NCBI GenBank assembly: GCA_965219415.1
Contig: OZ244742.1
Span: 1,888,001 to 1,952,000 of the forward strand
Origin: Candidatus Marinacidobacterales bacterium
Lineage (GTDB): Bacteria > Acidobacteriota > Vicinamibacteria > Marinacidobacterales > DATDRI01
Direction: 5' to 3'
Length of the DNA: 64,000 nucleotides
The translations under genes were made by a program, and so were the position numbers. Shown here one piece after another: positions 51,452 through 61,842 of the stretch; positions within the stretch are counted from its first letter, which is position 1, and every line of letters starts with the position of its first letter. Below the pieces are notes generated by a model that worked only from the letters and a program-made list of their open reading frames with translations, did no database searches and was not told where the DNA came from.

Positions 51452-52105
51452 TCAAAAACGAAACGCCGCGCCGATGGTAAGCTCCGTGTTTCGGGGCCCG
51501 GCGACGTTGTCCACAAACGCCAACCCCTCCGAGACGATCTGATATCGAACGTCGAAACGTGCTCCCACCCACGAAGTAAAGAAATACTTCACTCCCCCAC
51601 CGAAGTTCAGACCGGTACTGGAATCGCTCGCTACTCCGCTGACCTCGGTATCGAGATCGGATCGTATCCAAGCGAAACCGAGCGTTCCATAAGGGATCAA
51701 GCCGATTTCCAGCGGAAACTGGGCCACGAAATTGCCACTAATGTTTTGAACAGTGGTGGTGAATTGGTCACCCAAGTTGACAATGCCCACCTCGTCGTCG
51801 TTCACGGTAAAGGCAAAGGTCTCCTTCGTCCGTGAGTAGCTTACTTCCGCGCCGAGGTTGGGGCTGAAGTCATAGCTGAAACGCCCTCCCCAAAGATCTC
51901 CGAAGGGAACATTGTCGGCCGCTCCGGTGGTTGTGAAAAAGAGATTCGACACCGTACCGACATCGTGATTGACCGACATGCGACCGACGAAAGCACTAGC
52001 TTCGAAGCGTTTGTCTTGAGCTCGCGCCGGACTCGGCTTGAGCATGACGATGCCACAAGCCAGAAACAAGGACAGCAAGCCCGGCATCCACCACCGAGCG
52101 CTCAC
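51452..52105 (-). CDS. Outer-membrane beta-barrel protein
   Basis: Signal peptide, PY...G, NFGGGVKYF, RFDVR, C-terminal FRF. Confidence 0.8.
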   Translation of the reverse strand: MSARWWMPGLLSLFLACGIVMLKPSPARAQDKRFEASAFVGRMSVNHDVGTVSNLFFTTTGAADNVPFGDLWGGRFSYDFSPNLGAEVSYSRTKETFAFTVNDDEVGIVNLGDQFTTTVQNISGNFVAQFPLEIGLIPYGTLGFAWIRSDLDTEVSGVASDSSTGLNFGGGVKYFFTSWVGARFDVRYQIVSEGLAFVDNVAGPRNTELTIGAAFRF

Positions 52106-53106
52106 GGGTTCACCGCCACATCGATCCCGTTTGTTGTGCTGCCCACGGTGACTTCGGCACTGCCTGGGTGAAAGGTGACCTCGAAATCCAAGTCGGTCGT
52201 GAAGTCATTGAAGCCGAAATCGGAGGGCGAGGTGGGATCGGTGATAGGGTTCACCCGCACCACCACCGGGCCCGAAGAGAGGCCTTCTGCTCTGTATCGT
52301 CCGTCCTCATCCGTGAAGACCCCTATTAATTCGTCGGTAAACGGGTTGTAGACGGTTACCTGGGCGCTTCCCAGGCCGTCTCCGTTCTTGGTTACCGTCC
52401 CGGACATGCGTCCTTTGCTACTGAAGTTACCCGCCGGGTAGTTCACCGATGCGCCGGTGAGGTCGTCCAAAGTCAGCGTGCGTCCGAGGGTAGTACCTCT
52501 GGGAAAGGCAAAGGGATACATGATCGCGGAGTCTTCGAGCAAGAAGCGTCGCCCGGCGCGGGTCTCCATGACCCCCACGGCGGAATGGTCGAGACCAATG
52601 AAGTGTCCAATCTCGTGCAGCGCCGTCGACTGGTAGTCGAAACGTCCGGTCTGCCCGTTGGGAGACACCGACCACGGTGCATCGTCGTTAAAGAAGATGT
52701 CCGATTCCGCGATCTCTCCGGTCATCGTGAAAACGATGAAATTCGTGGCTGCCAGAATACCGCTCCCCTGAAGATCCGGGTCGGTGATAAACCCCAACGT
52801 GTTGATGAAGTCGAAGAAAACGAAGGGCTCGGCGTTGGTCGTTCCGGCGAATCGGAAGTTGATGCTGCTGGTCTCGACTTCCTCCCACGTATCGTACGCT
52901 CTCTCCGTCGCGTTGATGGCAGCGTCCAGAGAGAAGTCCTTCGGGGACGTGTTGTTGTAATGCCACGCCACCGGCGTATCTTGTGGCCTCCACTTCAGAA
53001 AAACTCTTTCACCATCCGGATTGACGAAGTCGATGACCTTGTAGGGTGAGCCGGTGCGAGAAACGGTGAGCACCAACAATAAGGCAAGCGCTAGTCTCAA
53101 TCTCAT
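52102..53106 (-). CDS. Matrixin/M10-like zinc metalloprotease with C-terminal beta-sandwich
   Basis: HEIGHFIGLDH zinc motif, AIMYP Met-turn, signal peptide. Confidence 0.88.
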   Translation of the reverse strand: MRLRLALALLLVLTVSRTGSPYKVIDFVNPDGERVFLKWRPQDTPVAWHYNNTSPKDFSLDAAINATERAYDTWEEVETSSINFRFAGTTNAEPFVFFDFINTLGFITDPDLQGSGILAATNFIVFTMTGEIAESDIFFNDDAPWSVSPNGQTGRFDYQSTALHEIGHFIGLDHSAVGVMETRAGRRFLLEDSAIMYPFAFPRGTTLGRTLTLDDLTGASVNYPAGNFSSKGRMSGTVTKNGDGLGSAQVTVYNPFTDELIGVFTDEDGRYRAEGLSSGPVVVRVNPITDPTSPSDFGFNDFTTDLDFEVTFHPGSAEVTVGSTTNGIDVAVNP

Positions 53107-53129
53107 TTCGCCGATCTCCTTAGGTTGAG

Positions 53130-53693
53130 CTAACGCCCGAGAGCGGCGAGGATACGCGACTCGACTTCGGAAAGTAGATACCGTGTCGGAGGCCAGCCTG
53201 CCTCTATTGAATCCGTGCGGTAGTTAACCAGGATGAGTCCGGATATGTCTCGCTTCAAGATCCTCTCTCCGGCGTCACTCTCAGTCAGCGTGAACTTGCC
53301 GAGGGCAAGGCCCAAGAGGGTCAGAACGCGAGCCCCTGATCCGACACAGAAAAGAAGCACTTGCTCTCCGTTCGTGAAGTCCGGAGTTCCGGGGACGACG
53401 GACCGCAAGGGTCCCAGTTGTCCTCCCCACAGCCGGATGGTCATCGACCGCTCACCGGCTCCTCCCTTGAGGAAGCGCTCGACCTCGAACGACGTGTGGG
53501 TGTAGATGCGGGTATGTTGGGCGTTCCAATCGGCTCGTGAACCGACGCTTCTCCCGATGAAGATCATGTCTGCGCGACGGGCCATCTCTTCCAAGGTCAT
53601 GGCCTCGACCGTCGCCGCTTCCACCCGGATGTTGGGGACGAGTGCCAGCGAGATGACGCCGAGCCAATACCACGCCTGGTTCATACTTCGCAT
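53130..53693 (-). CDS. Secreted hypothetical protein upstream of the metalloprotease
   Basis: Signal peptide, L.EM...AD.IF.G, IYT...F.V...LKG, GG.....V.G.P.F..GE.VLLF. Confidence 0.7.
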   Translation of the reverse strand: MRSMNQAWYWLGVISLALVPNIRVEAATVEAMTLEEMARRADMIFIGRSVGSRADWNAQHTRIYTHTSFEVERFLKGGAGERSMTIRLWGGQLGPLRSVVPGTPDFTNGEQVLLFCVGSGARVLTLLGLALGKFTLTESDAGERILKRDISGLILVNYRTDSIEAGWPPTRYLLSEVESRILAALGR

Positions 53694-53715
53694 CGATTGC
53701 CTCCTCGTGTTCGAC

Positions 53716-54888
53716 TCACGTTGTCAACACTTCGTTGTGCGGTCGCTGAGCTCGACGGCCATGCTCAACCACCGATAAGACTTCTTCGGCCGCTTTTAGT
53801 GAAGCCCCTCCCGCTCCCAATCGAGCTCTCACTTCTCGAAGGCCTCGACGCATAGACTCCCTCGCTTCGGAACTCTCGAGCAAGTTGAGGGTCTCGGCAC
53901 AAACTCTGTCTTCCGTCATATCCTCTTGGATCAGCTCGGGCACCAGGGACCGCTCCGCTATCAAATTGACCATAGCGTAATGAGGAACCTGGACCAAGGG
54001 TTTCCCCAAGAAATAACTCAGCCCGCCGACTCGATAGACCACGACCATCGGCGTTCCACAGAGGGCTGCTTCAACGGTCGCGGTGCCCGAAGCCACGATC
54101 GCGACATCGGCGTGAGCAAGCGCCTCATAGATTGTCTCGCTCAGGATGTGCACAGAGGAAGAAGCTGTGCCCAATCCGACGGCCACTGAGGCGAGCTCGA
54201 CGGTGGGTGCCTTCAGCAGAATAAACTGTAGATCAGGCCGACGGCCTTTCATCTTTCGTATCGCACCAGCCAAGACGGGAAGATGAAGCTCAATCTCTCG
54301 TGGACGACTCCCCGGCATTAGGGCGACGACCGGGCGGTCCGCTTCGAGCCCAATCCGTTGAAGGAAGCTCGAACGATCCTCGTGGCTCCGAACAATGTCG
54401 ACCAAAGGGTGCCCCACGAACGTCGCCGCAATCCCCGCCTCTCGGTAGAAGCGTTCCTCGAAAGGCAGGATCACTAGCATCTTGTCGACGTTTTTCTTGA
54501 TCGTCTTGAGACGCCCTCGGCGCCAGGCCCAGACCTGTGGGCTTACGTAATAGACAACCGGGATTCCCAGAGATTTGAGTTTTCGGGACAGACGAAGGTT
54601 GAATCCAGAAAAGTCGATGAGTACCGCGACGTCTGGCGCGCGCTCGGCGGCGGCTTCGACAAGCGTGGATTGGGCTCTCTTGAGCGCCGGCAGCTTTCCG
54701 GCGACCTCGACGAGCCCGATGACTGAGATCTCTTTGAGATCGACCAGAACTTCGGCTCCCGCCTGACGGAGTCGATCTCCGCCCAAGCCGAAACACTCGA
54801 TCCCCGGCTCCAGGGCGAGCAGCTCTCGGACGAGTCCCGCCGCATAGAGCTCGCCGGATGCTTCCCCGCAACTCAGAAGCGCATTCAC
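53716..54888 (-). CDS. lpxB: Lipid A disaccharide synthase
   Basis: GEASG, ID..GFN, YYVSPQVWAWR, FVGHP, PGSR, SGTATVE, ELIQ; GTG start at 54888. Confidence 0.95.
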   Translation of the reverse strand: MNALLSCGEASGELYAAGLVRELLALEPGIECFGLGGDRLRQAGAEVLVDLKEISVIGLVEVAGKLPALKRAQSTLVEAAAERAPDVAVLIDFSGFNLRLSRKLKSLGIPVVYYVSPQVWAWRRGRLKTIKKNVDKMLVILPFEERFYREAGIAATFVGHPLVDIVRSHEDRSSFLQRIGLEADRPVVALMPGSRPREIELHLPVLAGAIRKMKGRRPDLQFILLKAPTVELASVAVGLGTASSSVHILSETIYEALAHADVAIVASGTATVEAALCGTPMVVVYRVGGLSYFLGKPLVQVPHYAMVNLIAERSLVPELIQEDMTEDRVCAETLNLLESSEARESMRRGLREVRARLGAGGASLKAAEEVLSVVEHGRRAQRPHNEVLTT

Positions 54889-54981
54889 GCCTGCCCTGTT
54901 TGCCTTTTCCCTCGATGTCTTTGACAGTAGTAACGGACCGACTATAGCATAGCTCCATGCACTAGCGAGACACCCAACTCG

Positions 54982-55941
54982 ATGATCGGACACGTTTTCA
55001 AGTTGCTCGGGAAGGCGTGCTCGGTACGGCCAGAGCCCGTGACGGACAGAGTCTACGAGTGCTATCTTCGCGGACGGCTGTTCGACTCCAAAGAAGTTCA
55101 GATCGCGGTAGGGGATCGCGTTGAGTTCGATCCCGTCGAGGAACCGAGCTCCCATGACTCTGTCGAACCGAGACCCAAGAAGGGAATCGGCGTCATCCAC
55201 GAGATCCTCCCTCGAGAAACCGCCCTCCTACGCCCGCCGTCGCGAAGAGGCGGCCAACCGCAGGTGGTCGCGGCGAACATCCATCAGCTCGTCGTGGTAT
55301 CGGCGATTAGAGAACCGCCGTACAAAACTGGACTCATCGATCGCTATTTGGTCATCACACACCGAGCGGGGGTCCTCCCCGCTTTGTGTATGAACAAGAT
55401 CGATCTCGCCAATCCGGAGGAGCGCGATAAGGCTGACCGAGACTTGAAACTCTACAAAGAGTTGGGGCTGCCGAGCATCTTCACGAGCGCAGTGAGCGGC
55501 GAGGGGATCGAAACTCTACGGAAGCTGCTGAAGGACAAGCGCTCGGTCTTGGTTGGGCATTCTGGTGTAGGGAAATCGAAGCTCGCCGGTCGATTGCAGC
55601 CCGGACTCACACTATCGAGCTCGTCGGTCAGTCGCCAAGGCAAGGGGCGGCACACGACTTCGAGTTCCACGCTTCTTGCCCTCGACTTTGGCGGGGAGCT
55701 CGTCGATACACCAGGGGTCCGCGCGCTTTCGATCTCCGACCTAGATCAGAATGAACTAGGTTCACACTTTACCGACTTCGAGACTTTTTTGGGGAATTGC
55801 CGCTTTACGTCTTGCTCACACATTCCCGAGCCCGGGTGTGCGGTGCGAGAGGGAGTGGATTCTGGGAAGATTTCCCAGGCGCGCTACGACAGTTACCTGC
55901 GGCTATACCACGAGCTTCAACATCATCACAGAGGGCGTTGA
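54982..55941 (+). CDS. rsgA: Ribosome small subunit-dependent GTPase A
   Basis: NKID, GHSGVGKS, GRHTT, DTPG, C.F..C.H..EPGCAV zinc finger. Confidence 0.95.
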   Translation: MIGHVFKLLGKACSVRPEPVTDRVYECYLRGRLFDSKEVQIAVGDRVEFDPVEEPSSHDSVEPRPKKGIGVIHEILPRETALLRPPSRRGGQPQVVAANIHQLVVVSAIREPPYKTGLIDRYLVITHRAGVLPALCMNKIDLANPEERDKADRDLKLYKELGLPSIFTSAVSGEGIETLRKLLKDKRSVLVGHSGVGKSKLAGRLQPGLTLSSSSVSRQGKGRHTTSSSTLLALDFGGELVDTPGVRALSISDLDQNELGSHFTDFETFLGNCRFTSCSHIPEPGCAVREGVDSGKISQARYDSYLRLYHELQHHHRGR

Positions 55942-57596
55942 GCTTCGGCCCTGGATTTCTTTCCGATGCGAGCCCCGATGAGTTTCACGAGACCCTCCAA
56001 GCCTTCCCCTTTGAGCGCGGAGACGGCAACGGCATCGGACCGTCCCTCGAATACCCCGCGGTTCTCGAGTCGGTCTACTTTGTTGAAGACGGCCAGCCTG
56101 GGAACGTTGTCGAGCTGAAGCGTCTCGAGAATCCCCTCCACCGCCTCCATCTGTTCACGATAGCGACTATCCGAACAATCTACGATGTGAAGAATGAGAG
56201 TCGAGTTCTCGATTTCTTCCAAGGTGGCGCGGAAAGCATTCACCAAGTCGGTCGGGAGATCTCGAATAAAGCCGACAGTGTCGGCTAGCAACACCTCTTG
56301 CTCCACCGGGACACGCAGTCGCCGGTTCGTCGGGTCGAGCGTCTCGAACATGCGGTTTCCGGCGGCGACCTCACTGTTGGTGAGGCGATTCAGCAACGTC
56401 GACTTTCCGGCGTTGGTATACCCGAGGAGCGAAACGATGGGAAGCCCACGCTCGACGCGCCTTCTTCTCCGAACACCTCGCTTGCGCCGAACGTCTTCGA
56501 TCTCTCGCTCGAGCCTCGCGATGCGATCCCGTGCCCGCCGGCGATCCATCTCCAGCTTGGTTTCACCGGGGCCCCTCCCCCCGATACCACCGGTGAGCCG
56601 AGACAGCGCGGTATCCAACTCGGTAAGCCGAGGCAGAAGGTAGCGAAGCTGCGCTAATTCGACCTGCAACTTTCCCTCTCGGCTGGACGCACGTCGCGCA
56701 AAGATATCGAAGATGAGCTGTGTTCGATCCAGAATCTTGAGGTCGGTCGCCGCCGCGATGGAGCGGACCTGAGCAGGGGTCAAGCTCTGGTTGAAGATAA
56801 TCATGTCGGCGCCGTGTTGCAGGGAGGCGATCACCAGCTCGTCGATCTTCCCCTTGCCCAACAGGAATCGGGGATCGAGTTTGGGCCTTCGCTGCACGAG
56901 CGTATCCAAAACGACCACGTCACAGGAGCCGGCGAGCTCGGCGAGCTCCACTAGGGTCTCGCGCTCGGTCTCGGCTCGGCCCGTCGTGACCCCGACTAAG
57001 ATGGCACGATCACGGTGGTCGGAACGGTGCAGCTCGCCTCGCTGGCGGGTGAATTCGTCCTCGAGATCATCGATGAAATCCAGAAAATCGACGTCCAACT
57101 GACTGGGAGCGCGTGGCTCCATGAACTCCCAGGCGGGTGCCGGTTTGCCATCGCGTTGTTTCCCGTTGGAGCTGGCCGGCGAAAGGTAGGCGGCCCGAAC
57201 CAAGCCCGGCAGTCCGTCCTTGTTGGCGTCGATGGACGCCATGAGATCCAGGCGGAGAAGCGCTAGGTCACTGAGGTCGTCATGCGTGAGTGGCTCACCT
57301 GCCAGATGGGTATGGAGGCACCGAAGTCCACGGAAACGCTGTTCTGCGACGCGGACCCGTTTCAGATCGGGGAGAACGATTCGCCGTGCGTCACCCACGA
57401 TCACAGAATCAACTGTGCCTCGTCGATTCACGAGGACGCCGATCTGCCGATTGATCTCGCGGGAAAGTTCGGTGAGAACCCGGGCAAACTCTTGAGTGAC
57501 GATGGCGCGGGGAGGGATTCGCCTCTGATAAATCTTTTCCAGGCGTTTGCGCTGCAAAGCCTTTAGGCCGGTGGAATTGCCTTGTAACTTGTGGAT
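55926..57596 (-). CDS. hflX: GTPase HflX (long form with N-terminal extension)
   Basis: EGKLQVELAQL.Y.LPRL, GPGETKLE, GYTNAGKS, DTVG, NKVD; probable ATC start at 57596. Confidence 0.93.
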   Translation of the reverse strand: MHKLQGNSTGLKALQRKRLEKIYQRRIPPRAIVTQEFARVLTELSREINRQIGVLVNRRGTVDSVIVGDARRIVLPDLKRVRVAEQRFRGLRCLHTHLAGEPLTHDDLSDLALLRLDLMASIDANKDGLPGLVRAAYLSPASSNGKQRDGKPAPAWEFMEPRAPSQLDVDFLDFIDDLEDEFTRQRGELHRSDHRDRAILVGVTTGRAETERETLVELAELAGSCDVVVLDTLVQRRPKLDPRFLLGKGKIDELVIASLQHGADMIIFNQSLTPAQVRSIAAATDLKILDRTQLIFDIFARRASSREGKLQVELAQLRYLLPRLTELDTALSRLTGGIGGRGPGETKLEMDRRRARDRIARLEREIEDVRRKRGVRRRRRVERGLPIVSLLGYTNAGKSTLLNRLTNSEVAAGNRMFETLDPTNRRLRVPVEQEVLLADTVGFIRDLPTDLVNAFRATLEEIENSTLILHIVDCSDSRYREQMEAVEGILETLQLDNVPRLAVFNKVDRLENRGVFEGRSDAVAVSALKGEGLEGLVKLIGARIGKKSRAEAQRPL

Positions 57597-57824
57597 AGCT
57601 TTCTCTACCTCCTCTTCCCTCTATTATACGCTTGCCGGTGGAATCCTTGCGTGGCGTCGCCCAGCGTCCTCCCGGCCAGACGCCGAATAACCAAAAAGAG
57701 ACAGGGGCGGCGTTGACCGGTTCACAGGCCCCTATTGTGCCAAGCGTTTACGGCCATCCGCCAGTGGTACCAGTCTTGCAAATCTTGGTATGTAGAATTG
57801 CCCTCGTGAGCTTGGAGGATCCCG

Positions 57825-58732
57825 ATGAAGTGGTCGAGAGTCCCGCTCACCCTGCTGACCCCGCTGATCTTGTCTAACGTGTTGGCGGTCGTCGGTCCGA
57901 CTCCGCTGGCGGCAGGCCCCCGCCACGGTTCCTTCTCCTTTGGCGTTCATGGCCCCCGATTCGGTTTCGGCTTCGGATATCGCTACCGGCCTTATTCCTA
58001 CCGCCGGCCCTACGTCAGGCTTGGCTCGCCCTATCCCTATTGCCACCGACCCGTCTACGCGCGTGCGTACCCTCTGCCGACATACGCTCCCTACCAGGGC
58101 TACACGGGTACGGATCGGGCGCTATTCGAGCCCTCGTGAAGCCGAAGCGAGCGGAGGTCTATGTCGACGGCTACTACGCAGGCATCGTCGACGACTTCGA
58201 CGGAACGTTCCAGAAGCTCTACCTTGCGCCCGGCGAGCATGTCATCGAGCTGCGGCTCGAGGGCCACCGGACCTTTCGGCAGCGTATTCTGGTCAGTCCA
58301 AGACACACACAGAAAATCCATCATGAGTTGGTTCCTCTCGGCCCAGGAGAGCCAGGACAGACTGACGAGACCGAAAAACCGGTGGAGCCTATTCCTGAGG
58401 GCCGCGAGGAGCGTCAAGAAATCCGCGCTCGACCCGCTCCCGCGCCTCCCTCTCCGAGCACCGCGCCGGCACCACCAACCTCTCCTGCGCCTCGCTCCGC
58501 TTCGCGGGCCCGTTTCGGCTTACTCACCCTCCGCGTGCAGCCGGCGGTGGCCCAAGTCCGGATTGACGGCGAGGTTTGGGGACATCTCGGTGGAATGGAA
58601 GAGCTCTCGATTCACTTGCCGGCGGGCACACACTGGGTCGAGCTCCTCCGGGACGGCCAACCTGTTTTCTCCTCCGAAGTAAGTATCCAGATCGGACAGA
58701 CCACGCCGATGAACATTAGACTCGCCCCCTAA
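57825..58732 (+). CDS. PEGA-domain protein (apparent frameshift near 58105)
   Basis: Signal peptide and Y/P-rich segment, then AEVYVDGYYAG.VDDFDG and a second PEGA-like domain in another frame. Confidence 0.7.
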
Positions 58733-58861
58733 TCAGGGGCGAGCGGCGCCTCGTCCCATAACCGGACAGCGGCGGAAACTTGCACTTTTCGAACCGGGCG
58801 CGTATCCTGACCCGATCGTGAAGTAACCGATCGACTCTTAGACCTATGGGAGGACAGTGTT

Positions 58862-60289
58862 TTGACGCATCAGTCTAAGCTCGTCAGCCTGACTATGGCG
58901 ATTGGTCTGGCTTTGCTCGCGGGGTCGTCGGCCTTCGCCGACGGCGACAAGCTGAGCAAGGAAGACAAGAAATGGATCGAGGAAGAGGTTTCGGCCCTCA
59001 TCACCGCCGAGGAGATCAAGATCTTCAAGGACCTCAAATCAAAGGATCGCAAGCTCTTTAGGGAAATCTTCTGGGCCCGCCGAGACCCCAACCCCATGAC
59101 ACCGAAGAACGAGTTCATCGATGAATACAACGAACGGGTCAAGGGCGTGGACGAGAGCATCAAGAATGTCGGCGTGAGGGGTTCTCTCTCGGACATGGGT
59201 CAAGTTGCCCTATTGTTGGGGAGTCCCGCGGAAAACAATCGTGACGGCCAGATCGTAACCTGGAGGTACGATCCCAGGCCTGGGTTGGGTATCCCCGACG
59301 GTCTCACGGTCCAATTTCGTGACATGGGTATGGGGTTGCGTAGGGTCGGTTCCGGTGACGTCGACGAAAAGCTCGAGCGCGTCAAGACGGTCTACCTCAC
59401 GAACCGAGGCGTCACCTACTCTATCGACGAGGACGGGCGCCTGCTCAAACCCTCATCGGAATTCGATCCCAATAGCCCAGCCAAGAAGCTGCTCCAAGAG
59501 ATGATAGAAACGCAAACCGAGAACGCCGCCATCCCCTTCGAAGCGACAAGCTCTTTCTTCAAGGCCGAGGAAGGCGCGGTTTATGTACCGGTTCTCTTCG
59601 AGATCAACGCCGAGGCACTGACCTGGAAGAAGGACAAGGCGACAGCGACAGCGACGGTCTTCGGAGCCGTACAAAACGCCGAGGGTCAGACTCTTTTTCC
59701 CTTCGAGGAACTAGTTGAGCTCGAGAACAAAAACGGCGTCGCGAGGTACGAGATGCCCTTGCAGGTTACCCCGGGCTCGTACACTGCTCTTTTCGGTGTG
59801 CTGGACAACGAATCCAATACCGTCGGGACAAGAGTATTTCCTGTCGAGGTCCCGGATTTTGTTGGCGGCGAAGGGATGATGCTCTCTTCGGTGCTGGTGT
59901 TCTCGGAAGAACTGGCGGTCGAGAGCGTTGCCGGCACACCTGGCCACGGTTTCCAGTTTGGGCAAACTCAATTCGTCCCCTCCAAAATGTACTCGACGAG
60001 CGGGTACATCGGACTCTTCTACTTCGTCTACGGTTTCGGAGTGGATGAAGAAACAGGTGAAGCCAACCTCACCGCCCAATACATCTTCTTCAGAGAAGGC
60101 AAGAGACGCGGGCAGACCGCGCCGGAGCCGCTCCAAGTCGAGTTGAGCCTGGCGGGTGGCTTGGCACAGATTCCCCTCGCTACCTTCGAGCCAGGGGACT
60201 ACAAAGTCCAAGTCAAAGTGATTGACAAGGTCACGAAGAAAACGATCATCGAGGAGATCGAGTTCGTCGTGGAAGGTGCTTCCGAGTAG
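58862..60289 (+). CDS. GWxTD-domain protein
   Basis: LIT.EE...F..L, FWARRDP.P.T..NEF..EY..R, GSLSDMG....LLGSP. Confidence 0.85.
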   Translation: MTHQSKLVSLTMAIGLALLAGSSAFADGDKLSKEDKKWIEEEVSALITAEEIKIFKDLKSKDRKLFREIFWARRDPNPMTPKNEFIDEYNERVKGVDESIKNVGVRGSLSDMGQVALLLGSPAENNRDGQIVTWRYDPRPGLGIPDGLTVQFRDMGMGLRRVGSGDVDEKLERVKTVYLTNRGVTYSIDEDGRLLKPSSEFDPNSPAKKLLQEMIETQTENAAIPFEATSSFFKAEEGAVYVPVLFEINAEALTWKKDKATATATVFGAVQNAEGQTLFPFEELVELENKNGVARYEMPLQVTPGSYTALFGVLDNESNTVGTRVFPVEVPDFVGGEGMMLSSVLVFSEELAVESVAGTPGHGFQFGQTQFVPSKMYSTSGYIGLFYFVYGFGVDEETGEANLTAQYIFFREGKRRGQTAPEPLQVELSLAGGLAQIPLATFEPGDYKVQVKVIDKVTKKTIIEEIEFVVEGASE

Positions 60290-60307
60290 TAGCCGCCTTT
60301 AACTAGA

Positions 60308-60350
60308 ACGGGAACGGCCTTTAAGCCAGGCCGTTCCCGTCTTGCTTTTT
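60308..60350 (+). terminator. Rho-independent terminator
   Basis: 13-bp stem ACGGGAACGGCCT/AGGCCGTTCCCGT with a T-rich tail. Confidence 0.75.
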
Positions 60351-60509
60351 AGGGAGGATGAAGAGTCTGCCGCCCTCACCCGCCGTCTGACCGGCATCTG
60401 GCCACCTTGATAGTGGCACCGAGCTGTTTTGATGCCCAGCATGGTTGGCACGACGTATTTTGACGGCCACCCATGCCAAAGGGAGAGCGATTAAAAGAAG
60501 AGTCCTCTA

Positions 60510-61679
60510 TCAGGCTGCCTTGCGTGCCTCCGACTTGGATAGGATTTCGATGGCCTTCTCGAGAATGGGGTCACCCTCACCGTTGTCTGCCTGAAACGAG
60601 TCCCCAACTTCCACAGTAGGCTCGAGGCCTTTGCCCAAGAGGGCGACTCCTTTCGGCGTCGAGTACTGAGCCACCGAAATCACCAGACCGGCACCATCGT
60701 CGAGACTGATCGTCTTCTGGACACCACCGCGTCCGGCAGTGCGCTCCCCGACCAGCTCACCCCTTTCCGCATGTTGGACAGCGCTTCCGAAAATCTCTGC
60801 CGCGGTGGATGTGCCGCGGTTAACCAGGACCGTGATGGGACCGCTAAAAACGACACGCCCCGACTCGATCGCCAGGTCGGTCTTGTCTCCGCCGCGATTC
60901 TCGAGAATGGCGGCCACACCACCCGAGATCAAGAGCTCAGCCACCTCAGCACCTTCGGCAGCCGTTCGACCGAAACTATTCCGCACGTCGACCACCAGAG
61001 AGGCAGCGCCGGAGGCGGTCAAGCTTCGAACGGCGCCGGTCACTTCTTCGTCCACCCCGGGTCGAAAGGCCGCGATCCGAATGTACCCGATGGAGTCGGT
61101 CAGCATCTTGTACGCAACCGAGTCACCGGAATAAACCTCTCGTTCGACGCTGACCTCAATCGGATCCGGCTGACGCCCTCGGATCACTTGCAAATCGACG
61201 GTGGAACCGGCGGGACCTCGCAACGCCGATTCGCCAATCGTAACGCTCAATTCGCGAGTGTTTCTACCTCCCACCGATTTCAGGAGGTCGCCCGGTCGAA
61301 GGCCGGCTCTTTCGGCAGCAGAACCTGGAAGCACACCGACTACCGACAGGTAGTAACGCTTGGTTACTTCGACTCCAATCCCCGCCGCATCCTGTTCTCC
61401 CGGATTCTGAAACCTGGCGAACTCTTCGGGCGACAGGTAGGCGCTATCCGGGTCCAGGGCTTCCATCATCCCGCGGATGCCACCTTCGAGTACTCCGTCC
61501 ATCTCCACCGCGTCCACGTAGTTGTTCATGATCAGGGTGACGACATCCTGAAAGACGGACAAATATCGATAAGCGGAGTCTCGGGCCAGGGCCCGACCAA
61601 GGAACCCTCCCAAAACCGCGTAGAGGACGAAGGGACCGGAGAGCAGCAGGAGCAAGTGCCTGGCACGAACGAACTTCAT
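60510..61679 (-). CDS. S41 (CtpA-like) PDZ protease homolog
   Basis: NYVD, LDP.S.YL, GIG PDZ loop, IGYIRI; catalytic motifs degenerate. Confidence 0.85.
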   Translation of the reverse strand: MKFVRARHLLLLLSGPFVLYAVLGGFLGRALARDSAYRYLSVFQDVVTLIMNNYVDAVEMDGVLEGGIRGMMEALDPDSAYLSPEEFARFQNPGEQDAAGIGVEVTKRYYLSVVGVLPGSAAERAGLRPGDLLKSVGGRNTRELSVTIGESALRGPAGSTVDLQVIRGRQPDPIEVSVEREVYSGDSVAYKMLTDSIGYIRIAAFRPGVDEEVTGAVRSLTASGAASLVVDVRNSFGRTAAEGAEVAELLISGGVAAILENRGGDKTDLAIESGRVVFSGPITVLVNRGTSTAAEIFGSAVQHAERGELVGERTAGRGGVQKTISLDDGAGLVISVAQYSTPKGVALLGKGLEPTVEVGDSFQADNGEGDPILEKAIEILSKSEARKAA

Positions 61680-61842
61680 GATGCGGGAGCCTCCTGGGAG
61701 CAGAGTTTTAGTGTGGCCCTCACCCGGCGTCTGGCCACGTTGACAGCGGCACGCCATTCCTTGACGCCGAACACTCCCAGGGGGAGAGGGAATATCGGAT
61801 GAACAGCCATCATTTACATTCTGCCTTCGCGCCCGCCAATCG

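Noticed and set aside
54889-55200. N-terminal extension of LpxB
   Set aside because: It overlaps the divergent rsgA, and LpxB homology starts at GTG 54888.
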